Part shown: positions 19,501-29,500 of the stretch, piece by piece
How the letters are laid out: every line of letters begins with the position of its first letter
Position numbering within the stretch: position 1 is the stretch's first letter
From: Diadema antillarum
Taxonomy: Eukaryota
NCBI RefSeq assembly: GCF_040938485.1
Contig: NW_027270922.1
Span: 1,116,001-1,180,000 of the forward strand
Direction: 5' to 3'
Length of the DNA stretch: 64,000 nucleotides
Program-made: the position numbers and the translations under genes
Notes under the pieces: generated by a model
Told to the model about the DNA's origin: nothing
Database searches by the model: none
Seen by the model: the letters and a program-made list of their open reading frames with translations, nothing else

Positions 19501-22427
19501 GGTACATGTAGATCTCTACAGTCATTAGTAACCCTTATTGTCTATAGCTATTGTGGGTTAGACTGCCATACATAGGTAGAATTTATGTTAGTATTAAAGG
19601 ACAAGTCCACCTTCATATACATAAAGATTGAGAGAATGCAGCAATATTAGTAGAACACATCAGAGAAAGTTTGAGAAAAATTGGACAATCCGTTAAAAAG
19701 TTACGAATATCTTAAGTATCTGCACAGTCACTGCTGGAAGAGAAGACTACTAGTACTACAGTGTATGATGTCACATGCGTACAAGTACGTATATAAGGAA
19801 AATAAAAAGAGAATTTCACAAAACTTTACTTTTTGAATAAAGTGCACATTTCTTCGACTTGCTGCTGACGTATGTTAAGGGTAATTCCCCCTGCCTTCTG
19901 AAAGAGAGAAGTCGAGTGTTCTTTTGTTATGCGAGAAAAATGGAAATATGTTGAATTTTCTTTATTCTTTCTTTATATCGTTGTACTCATGTGACATCAC
20001 AAGGTATAGTAGTCTTTTCATCCAGCCGTGACTAAGCAGAAACTTCAAAAATTCATAACTTTTTAACGGATTGTCCGATTTTGCTCAAACTCTCACTGAT
20101 GCGTTCTACTAATATTGCTGCACACGTAAACAATTCCCCGTAGACGGTAATAGAATGACAGCCGGCCCGCTGATTGGCTGATCGCCCGATCGCCACGCCG
20201 TCCGCTTCACCGAACTGCATGGTGTGCAAGATCCACTACTCCCTGTGGATCAGTGTGGTGTACAATGCACAATGCGTGCTTGCCATCGTGTTATGTAGCG
20301 GCTATGGCGGCCAGCTCGACATCGGTACACAACGCTACACAAACTACACAATATGGCGACTAATTTGCATCGTGGTCTTGAGCTTCTTATGTGTCTCGCT
20401 CCATACCCGTACATGTCGCTACCATACAAATTGCATGTATTGATACACACACACCAACGAACACATCGAACTACTTCACAAATTCGTACCTAAAAATCAT
20501 GTAAAAATATGACTTATCAAATTTCAAACGCAACGATAGCTTCACTGAATACATGTTTACACCAAAGGAGGAAAATATTTTGCCAAAAATCGAAGACTTG
20601 ATGTAAAAATGCCGAGTTTGGTATCAAACTGTTCAGCCAATCGCGCTGGAAATCATCGCACACATATGTTATAGGGTAATTCCATGAAGTTGGGGCAGTG
20701 TCCATGTAGCATCGTGATATTTGAAAAATACATTTCAGCATAACTCAATATTAATTATGCTATACATTTATTGTTTGTAGGCTTCACATTTGCATTGAGG
20801 CCACACATTTTCCTGGAAATTTTGTGCCATTCAGACTCAATTTTGATGAAGTTATTAAACAATATGTAACAGTGACCTGTAGCATCGTGATATTTTAAGA
20901 TTTGGTCCTAAGAGACAAATTATGGCAATTAGCTTGACCAAAATTTGATGCAATATGCATATTTACAAGATATGAATGAGATAGCTAAATATCTCAAATT
21001 TCCTGTACACAGTTTTAATTTTAAAAGAAAATTACAAAATGTATCACGATGCTATGTGGTGTCCTTTTTTGTGACATTTGGTGGACACCGCGTAGCATAG
21101 TGACACATTGTGTAATTTTCTTGTCAAAGTAAAACTGTGGAAAGGAGAGTTAAGATATTTAGCTTTCTGACTAATCTAGTAATTATGCATATTATATCAA
21201 ATTTTGGTCAAGCTAATTGCATTAATTTGTCTTTTAGGACCAGATTTTAACTATCACGATGCTACATGGACACATCACGATGCTACAGGACACCGTTACA
21301 TATTGTTTTCATAACTTCATCAAAATTGAGTCTGAATGGCACAAAATTTCCAGGAAAATGTATGGTCTCAATACAAATGTAAAGCCTATAAATATGTATA
21401 TCATAATTTGTATTGAGTTATGCTAAAATGTCACACTTTGTGCCCCAACTTCACGGAATTACCCAATAACGTTGTGGAAAAATATGTAAATGACGGGGGT
21501 AAAGATCCAATGATGATGCAGCTTCCGTGTAGCTCCCGATTCATGAATGAAAAATGACGTCATGCTAACGCGAGCGAGGGCAGTAGCGAATCGCGCATGC
21601 GCGGCTTGCCTGTGCAATTGTTCTACGTGCTGCATTCATTCAACCCACATGTCTATGAAGGTGAACTTGTCCTTTAAGTTCAATCAAAATCTACAATGTA
21701 GATCCCAGACCCTCTTTCACTCAGTTTCAAACTCAATTAAATTACCTCAACAGTCTCAATGGCAATTCCCAGATTCTACAGTCTAACCGTTATATCTAAA
21801 GTATGTACAGTACAGAGACTATCCCAGCCAGAGTAAATTATGCGATTACAAGAGTTCAAATTCTCATGTCAACATTAAATTCAATTAAAATTTCAACTTG
21901 TAAATTTACTTTTATCAAACAATAACATTAAATCAACAAACAGTAGCCCATTGGTAGTCAGTACAAAGGCACTGGAAATAACGTAAAGTCAGCTGAAAAT
22001 GTCAGGATCACGTCCAGTTGCACTCCTTAATTTACATTGGTCCCTGAAAAAACAATACGTTCAGTAGGCCTTATACTGTCGGCTTTTACGGTAAGGGTTC
22101 TAATTCAATCCTTATGAGCGGGAGCGCCCCACATGAGCTAAGCGGGTTTCCCGGACTGATTGTCACCACTGGCAATGCTGCACTGCCACACCACCTCAAT
22201 AACAGAAGTCATATAAAAATTTTACTACACGCCATTCTCAATATATGGGACCGAACGAAGCGTGGTTGCTATAGCAGAGAAAGACACGATTTTGAAATAC
22301 ATTTTACACGTTTTGTTTTCGAAAGAAAATGTCATTTTGACTGCTTTAAATACAACTTACCCTTTTCTGACACTTTGAACTTCTCCAGCTCCTCTTGGAG
22401 CTGCTTTTGGAGTTCTTCGCTGGCCAT
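16387..22427 (-). CDS. PFDN6: prefoldin subunit 6, whole CDS complement(join(16387-16507,16958-17082,18265-18335,22361-22427)), 127 aa
   Basis: GT-AG introns with consistent phases. MASEELQKQLQEELEKFKVSEKDYQKAITVRKQLDGQLNENNMVKEELDLL..VFKMMGPVLIRQDVEEAKATVGKRIEYISGEVKRHDKLIKDLEKKQEAHRDKLGKLQQEF matches the PFDN6 beta-type prefoldin pattern. Confidence 0.95.
16958..17082 (-). CDS. PFDN6: PFDN6 exon 3
   Basis: cctAG acceptor, GTGAGT donor; encodes ELDLL...VFKMMGPVLIRQD...EYISGE. Confidence 0.96.
18265..18335 (-). CDS. PFDN6: PFDN6 exon 2
   Basis: ttcAG acceptor, GTGAGT donor; encodes DYQKAITVRKQLDGQLNENNMVKE. Confidence 0.95.
18595..19446 (-). mobile_element. Tc1/mariner deletion derivative with ~200-bp TIRs and transposase N-terminal remnant
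   Basis: TA|CAGGGTGTC...GACACACTG|TA; TIRs ~18595-18793 and ~19242-19446; frameshifted MVQLTIEQRVFLVTRCQETRSVVEVQEAFRVQFPDRQPPNKK (mariner-type HTH) from 19105. Confidence 0.85.
20123..21629. mobile_element. non-autonomous DNA transposon with CAC termini and 5-bp TSD (Transib/RAG-like)
   Basis: CACGTAAACAATT...AATTGTTCTACGTG; CTGCA duplicated at 20118-20122 and 21630-21634. Superfamily assignment is inferred from end/TSD rules only. Confidence 0.75.
20674..21464. mobile_element. Sola2-like element 1 nested in the CAC-ended element
   Basis: TIR GGGTAATTCCRTGAAGTTGGGGCA; flanks TATA/AATA (one mismatch); repeated motif TAGCATCGTGAT in both orientations. Confidence 0.75.
22361..22427 (-). CDS. 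PFDN6: PFDN6 exon 1
   Basis: ATG at 22427-22425, donor GTAAGT from 22360. Confidence 0.92.
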
Positions 22428-23245
22428 TTTCCCCTCCCTTTTTCGGAGCTGCAAGGCGTGAACTGATCGATCAAAGAATGATTTGATCGATTATGCGCTA
22501 TGCCAACTGTGGTGGCCACTAATCTCCCCTCGAGGGGAGATCAGTGACTGTGGCCGAGGGACCCGAGGGTCAGTTGCACTTGCAAGTTGGTAGTGTGCAT
22601 GGGGTGCTTCATAAAAAGTTTTTGTGCTGAATTATTGAAATTCTGATAAGTATAGCACATCAGAACATGTTCCAGTCGGTCTTAAGTCATTCGTAACTTC
22701 AGTTTTATGAGACACCCTCAGGTCTATGTGATACAGTACTAGCATACTTTTTACTATACAGTGTACTGTATGGATATTATCATGTGTTTGTTTTGAGTTT
22801 GGCAAAGATACAAACTCTTTACTGTACATCGATAAAATGCACACGAGCAAATAGGTAATTGAATGTACACCTTGGAAAGTAGACCACATTTTTAATAGTC
22901 CTATTTTATTTCTCATTTATGAAAACAAATTGTGCATTTACAGAATTGCATACCGGTAATCATTAATGGGACCTACTTTATAGGCCTTCTCTGATATAAT
23001 TCACAAACAAAGTATAGCTGGGCCTACTATAAAAATGATATACTCTAGTCTTGCAGCATTAACACAAATTATATACTCTACCTACTATGTTTTTTTTTGT
23101 TCTAACAATCATTTTTAATAAATATTCATTCAACATTCTACAAATTACACATGTAGACCTTTATTAACCGTATATCAATAACAAAAACCTTACACTCGCA
23201 TGCATTCTACAAGGCCTATCCATCGGTTGAAGTTTATGTCAAAAA

Positions 23246-24135
23246 CAGAGACTCCAACTCTACCGCTTTCGACGGGAGGATCTCCAGGCCGCCGAAAGCC
23301 CATTTTTGCAAAATCTCCCGTTCTCCCGCTTGAGAGGTAATTTCTCCCGCCCTGCGTGGCTCTGTGTCTCCCGCTTGAAATAATTTCTTACTTTGTGTCA
23401 TCGTATGTTGAAAAAAGGCCTTATAGTTAATGTGAGAGAGCATCTAGAATAGAGCTAACAGTCGGGAGCCCTGGACCCGCCGGCCGAAAGGAACTTCGCG
23501 CTGTGTTGTGCGCTTCGCGCACATCGAGTTGGAGTCTCTTCTTCTTCTTCTTCTTCTGATTAAGTCTGCCTCCTTCAATAGACTGAAGATTCTTGCAGAC
23601 TGGTGCTATTTACATTATAATACAATTTATTTACAGATATTTACAAGCACATAGAAAATTTGACGAAAATATATACTAGCCACTGTGATCAACCGTTAGA
23701 CGGTTTCGAAATGATCCCACAGATGGCGCTGAAACAATTTCTGACGACAGGGAATTCCAGTTCCTTACAGTTCTTGGGAAGAACGAATGGCGATGCGATT
23801 CAGTTCTCGAATATGGTACCTGATAGGAGTGTGGTTGCGAGGCTCTCGTTAACTGAGTAGCCTGTTTGATGATATAGTCCTGTGCTGAAAGAGGAGTGAG
23901 ATTATTGTGTATTTTGTACATCATAATTAGCCTGTCATTTTCTCTGCGCTGTTCCAGAGTGGTCCAATTAAGTTCTTGTAGCATTTTGGTGACACTCGAG
24001 GTGTTATGGTAGCGATTTAAAGTGAATCGCGCAGCTCTTCTCTGGACCATTTCCACTTGGTGGATTAGGTTCTTGGTAGACGGGTTTCAGGCGGGAGAAT
24101 CTCCAGATCAGAAGGTACTTGGGTTGGAGTCTCTG
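23246..24135. mobile_element. second, inverted copy of the CAGAGACTCCAAC element, interrupted by a LINE fragment
   Basis: TIRs at 23246 and 24123-24135; TSD CAAAAA on both sides; ends are reverse complements of 2429-2482 and 2745-2875. Confidence 0.8.
23539..24086 (-). mobile_element. 5'-truncated CR1-group LINE fragment with (GAA)n tail
   Basis: ORF2 C-terminus PSTKNLIHQVEMVQRRAARF..SVTKMLQELNWTTLEQRR..SFFPRTVRNWNSL, short 3'UTR, (TTC)6 on + strand at ~23539-23556. Confidence 0.9.
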
Positions 24136-25399
24136 CAAAAATGGGGAAAATGTAGGCATAGGCCTACCCCTCCCACCCCTAATCTATAGGCCTATAATCC
24201 TGATATATCACCCGCCAGTTCCCCATTTCAACCTTACTCCCCTACTGCGGGTGGCAGGCCTACCCATGCAGGGACTATGTACTTCGAGTGCCTCAAAAAG
24301 CCATTTCCTGGTGGACTCGATAGGGCCTATGTTTCACACTTCTGTGAAATGGCGAATGTTAATCGCGTGCACTTTAATTTCGTGAATTTTGCGAAAGCGG
24401 AGATTTGTGATAGAATGCCACGACGTACGTTCTTGTTTAAATACCCTTTAGGCCTATATATGCATTGAATGCCAGTGGCAATTAGCTAAAATTACATGCA
24501 GTGAATATCACGACCGGCGGAACGGAGGGGGGGGGGGGGCACTTTTTGCACCATACAAAGGGAGGTGTCACCACTTTTGGCCCCCACTTTTTTTTCAACC
24601 TGGAGTGCGTAAGTGGCACTAATAAGTATAGATAGAAACCTTGAAGTGTGAGCGCAGTATAGGGCTTTGTTTAGGCTTAATTTTTGCGCTGAAACTATTT
24701 TTTTTTTTTTTTTTTGCGTCCGGGGGCAGGTGAAGAATCCCGGAAGTGGAATGAGAAAGATGAGCTAAAGACTTGTTCGCCCATGAAACCCGGTAGTGTC
24801 CCCCCCTCCCCCCCCCCCCCCACCTCACTTTTGAAAACGTGGCGCTGGCGATGAATATCATGTTCAGTATAGGACCTACAAGTATTTTAAATAAAATTAC
24901 AAAAAAAAAACCTGAAACAGAATTATCCCAATTAGTCTGTTCCCAGTTCCCAACAAAGTGAAAGTGAGAGTCAACCAACAAATGTAAGTTGCCCAACAGA
25001 TCAAAGTATAATATGAAAATAAAAACGAATTGTGTATTTAATTAATTGTGACCCTGCATCAATAAACCAACAAGTCGCCGCGGACATGGATTTTTAGACT
25101 ATGCATTTTCAAATGTGTCTGCATGGGCGTTTTGTACAGGCCTGGTGTGTTTCACAAAGAATTCAAGTCTAATTTAAAAGTTAAGATTGACTTAAAATTA
25201 GGGTAAGCCGTTGTTTTTTCAATTTTCAATTTTAGCTGATAGGCCCCTATATGTTTAAGAATCCACTGGATTGTTATGAAAATTTACAGAAAAAAAATCC
25301 GTCGTCCCTTACTTTATATTGTTGATGAATGCATGCATGAAAAAGTCTTCAAAATGTTCATTCTTATTTGAAAGTAAGAATATTATTGAAGTCACGCAC

Positions 25400-25441
25400 A
25401 GCAGACGCACAGCAGCCTACCATGATTCTTCGTGAAACAGT

Positions 25442-25475
<34 letters not shown>

Positions 25476-25552
25476 CCCGCTCAGGTGAAAAGGGAAGGGT
25501 CTGGAAACCAGACTACAAGTGTTTACGTGGTACTAGTATGTTCTTGCTGTTG
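25400..25552 (+). other. candidate GORAB non-coding first exon / promoter
   Basis: GC/CpG-richer patch ending in donor-like GTGAGT at 25553; the first coding exon has an upstream acceptor, so a 5' exon must exist. Start coordinate is approximate. Confidence 0.35.
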
Positions 25553-25873
25553 GTGAGTATCGGAAAGTGTTTGATTTCTTAATTTGTATCTAAATTCTTC
25601 AGGAGAAAAACGTCGGTAAGTGAGACATGTTCTTCTCTTTTTAAGAGTGTTCGAAAGTAACAAAATCAATGAAGTAAAATAAATGCACGTAGAAACTACC
25701 ACACCCTGGCCCTCAGATTTTCAGTTGCAGTTCAGGTGTTATAATAGTCCCACGTATTATTAAAATTGAGGTTTCTATCCAGCCATGTCGCTGTCGCCTG
25801 TCTTCCCGCCCCCGGCACCGGCCCGGGATGCGTGTTTTTTTTAGACGGCACAGATTGGGGAAACTAAAAATTT

Positions 25874-26012
25874 NNNNNNNNNNNNNNNNNNNNNNNNNNN
25901 NNNNNNNNNNNNNNNNNNNNNNNNNNNNNNNNNNNNNNNNNNNNNNNNNNNNNNNNNNNNNNNNNNNNNNNNNNNNNNNNNNNNNNNNNNNNNNNNNNNN
26001 NNNNNNNNNNNN
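25874..26012. other. assembly gap (139 N)
   Basis: run of N. Confidence 1.
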
Positions 26013-26478
26013 CAACGTTTTTCCCATAGGTTTAACACGCGCCATGCCCCAATCTGTGCCGTCTTTAAAAAAAAACGCGCCCGGGATGGGATCCCCATTC
26101 AGTGCCCGTAACCATGCCAGTCAGCGTGCATGCATGGCATGGGGCGCATGGTCTTAGCAGTACGTAGCATTAAAAAAAATGCTGATAATAATTAAAAAAG
26201 AAATAAAAAAACATAACAATTTTTTTTTACAAGTCGTCATACTTGAAATTCATGGAAAATTCACTGAGACATTGTCATTGCAATTTAAAATTACCACTAA
26301 TTATATGATAATTTCATTGATAACTGCAGAAACTTGTTTTGTCCTATTTTCCTTCTTATTATAGATCTATACTCATAGAAAGAAAGACACATTCTCATGA
26401 ATATCATTTGTTTCCATTTCTACAGCATCTCTATACGTGTATTGCCAATCTCGGGGTGTGTCCTGATCGAAGCATAGC

Positions 26479-26560
26479 ATGGCATGGACAGGATTCACGG
26501 ATGAGCAGCTCCGTTCTCTGAAGAGACAGAGTTCAGAGGATGAAGGCCAAGCAACACGAG
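26479..26560 (+). CDS. GORAB: GORAB coding exon 1
   Basis: Acceptor tacAG 26424-26425, ATG 26479 in AGCATGG, donor GTCAGT 26561. Confidence 0.88.
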
Positions 26561-29500
26561 GTCAGTGTGTTGATATAATGAATGATAAGTGTATAGTTTT
26601 ATGATGGTTATAGAATCAGACTTTACCTAAGACTAACTCGGCACGGAGACAACTGGTTGTATATCACTGAGAGACAAGCCAAGATGAGCTGATTACTAAA
26701 ATCTCCAAAAGTTATTTAAGTGTTACACAATATCCTCATCAGTACTCTTGTAATGCTCACCACAGCATGACTGTCCAAATGATCATTGCACAGTATTTTA
26801 GCAGGTATGCAAATCAAAATTTCCTAGGGAATTCTTGGAAAGGTGAGTACAAAAAGAACATTTGCTGCTGGTATTTTAAACAAACCTAAGTTGGCAGCTT
26901 GCCATTCTAGCCACCACCCATGATGAAACATGACTGATATAGTCTGTGAATAGACAACAAAACGTGTGATCACAAAATTTAGAAAAACAATAAACACTAC
27001 ATAATTATAAGTTCAAGCATGATTTTGATGACATAAGTAGTACCTTGCTCTAACTTCTGACTAGTAACAATAACACCGCAGTTTTTGTGTTATTGCTTTG
27101 TTTATCCTGAATTTCTGATGTAGTATCTGAACATGCCAAAAGTACAATCCCATTCTAAAACTCTTTGTACATCAACTTTTCTTCATTCTTTTTTCATATG
27201 CTAAGTTGTTGCTCGATCACAACTCACTACAGTATTTCAAGACAATATTTCATTTATCATTAAAGGACAAGTTCACCTTCATAAACATAAGGATTGAGAA
27301 AATGCAACAATATTAGTAGAGCACATCAGTGAAAGTTTGAGGAAAATTGGACAATCGATGCAAAAGTTATGAATTTTTTAAATTTTTGTGTTGGAACCGC
27401 TGGATGAGGAGACTACTACAGCTTGTGAGTCATATGTGTACAACAGTATAACGAAAATGTAAAAGAAAATTCAACATATTTTCACTTTTTTCGCATAATA
27501 AAAGAGCACTTGACTTGCCTCTTTCTAAAGGCAGGGGGAATAATATTACCCATAACATTTGTCGGTAACGAGGCAGGGGAATGTGTACTTTTTTCGAAAG
27601 ATGGAATTTTGTGAAATTCTCTTTATATTTTCCTTATATTGTTGTACGCATGTGACATCTAAGTTATTCGTACACTGCAGTAGTCTTCTCATCCAGCGGG
27701 TACTGCACAAAAACTTCAAAAATTCATAACTTTTGAACGGATTGTCTGATTTTCCTCAAAATTTCAATGATGTGTTCTACTAATATTGCTACATTCTCTC
27801 AATCCTTATGCTTATGAAGGTGAACTTGTCCTTTAAGCATATGATTTCCTCAGACATTACTCTAGGAGAAGGTTGAAATGTGTCCGTCATAGCTTAAAGT
27901 CCACTCTCTGCAGGTAGTCACCATGGCCAGAATCCGAGACAAGGGAGGGGTAGACCTGGACCAACCAGAGGAAGAGGACGAGCTAACCCAACTCCATCAG
28001 AGGTCTGTATCCTTAGTAGTTCATGATGTATTGCATGCTAAGAGTTAATCAAACTTGATACATGGTAACAGTATGATAGGGCATCTGATGTGAGGGCTGC
28101 ATCATGTTTCCAGTGGTCTTAGCTATGGAAATATTTGCCACGTTTGAATCAAATTCCATTGCTTGTAAATATTTTGAAAGTATAAACTTTGCAGTGATTG
28201 ACTTTTTGTACTGAGGCAGTTTCAGTAAACTCTGTTGATATTAGAATGATAATAACATTGCGCAGAATATTTTTGTTAAAAAATACCCCCCCCAAAAAAA
28301 AAATAAATAAAATAAAAATAAAAATAACCTCTCCACAAACATGTATGTCTGGATATATACCTAACTATAATAGCTCCAGCTTTATTACCAACTGCACAGT
28401 TACTCCCAAAGTAGTTATGTTGAGCACTGGAACTGTTGTGTCAAACTCTGCGTAAATCAACAGAGTTCCTGTTGAATAAGAAAACAATTTTGCTTAGAAC
28501 AGTGTACACTCTTTTGATTCTAGCTTTGACTCTCAAAAATCATTTGCAAGAGAAAGGTCAATGTGACAATAACCCAGTATCTTGTACTGTAGAGAAATAC
28601 AAAAAAGAAAAAATGATGATTGATCAAAAAAAAATCAACTGCATGATTGTAGAAACAAGGATGAAAAAGAATGAATGAACAAATTAAAAATTAGGATGCT
28701 TTGCATTTAAACATGATGAGTTTTTTCTTTTCTAATTGGATTCATTTTAAGAGAAACCTTGTTGCGGTAGCCATTCATATGTATCATATTTACTCTTTCA
28801 GCAACTGGGAAAAAAGCAAACAACTGTTGGCAATTTGGCTTGAGTATGATTTTTAAAACCTTTGCAACGGACTTCTGAAGTAACCACTATTATTCACTTA
28901 CTCCAGCAACGGGAGGAGCCGCTCACTCAGGCCCAGATGCTGTCCAGACCAAGGCCCCCTAGCCAGAGGGGAGGAAGGGCCTCATCGCAGGAAACCAGTG
29001 TGTGGCGGGAGCTGAAGGAGCCCACCCAGCGCAGGCCTCCTCCGCCCACCAAAAGGGTGCCCCCTACTGCCCAAGAGGAGAAGTCAGCAGGCAGTCGGTC
29101 GATGGAAGATAAGGAAGTGGATGGAAAGAAGGTATCGACAGGGCAGGATGGTGAGGAGAGATGGAAGAAAGAGGAAGAGATGGAGAAGAAATCAGAGGCC
29201 AGGTTACTTGAAGAGAGTGAAGGAAAAGTGTAAGTGTTGTAGGGCATTTTAGAGATCATTACAAACACATCTATTACAATCCCCTTTTAAAGGGTTTTCA
29301 TGGGCATGTGCAGTAAAGACATCAGCTGCACTTTTCATTTCAGTGGTATCCAAATTTGAAATAGATTTATTACAGGCAGAATGACTTATTTTATCTCCCA
29401 TTGAATGCATCTGTTTGTTTCCACGTAATTATTACCAATGTGTCAGTGACAAAAAAAAAAAAAACCTTTTCACCAGTTATATGATTATCAGCCCAATGAG

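Larger units (their letters stand above)
19594..21677. mobile_element. Kolobok/T2-like MITE split by a 1.5-kb insertion (19594-20122 + 21630-21677)
   Basis: TTAA-AGGACAAGTCCACCTTCAT and ATGAAGGTGAACTTGTCCT-TTAA; joining the two parts restores the sequence of intact copies. Confidence 0.85.

Noticed and set aside
27923-29015. Alternative-frame 62-aa ORF in GORAB from an ACCATGG in exon 2
   Set aside because: The upstream main ATG is already in strong context (AGCATGG), the product has no motif, and chance is sufficient.
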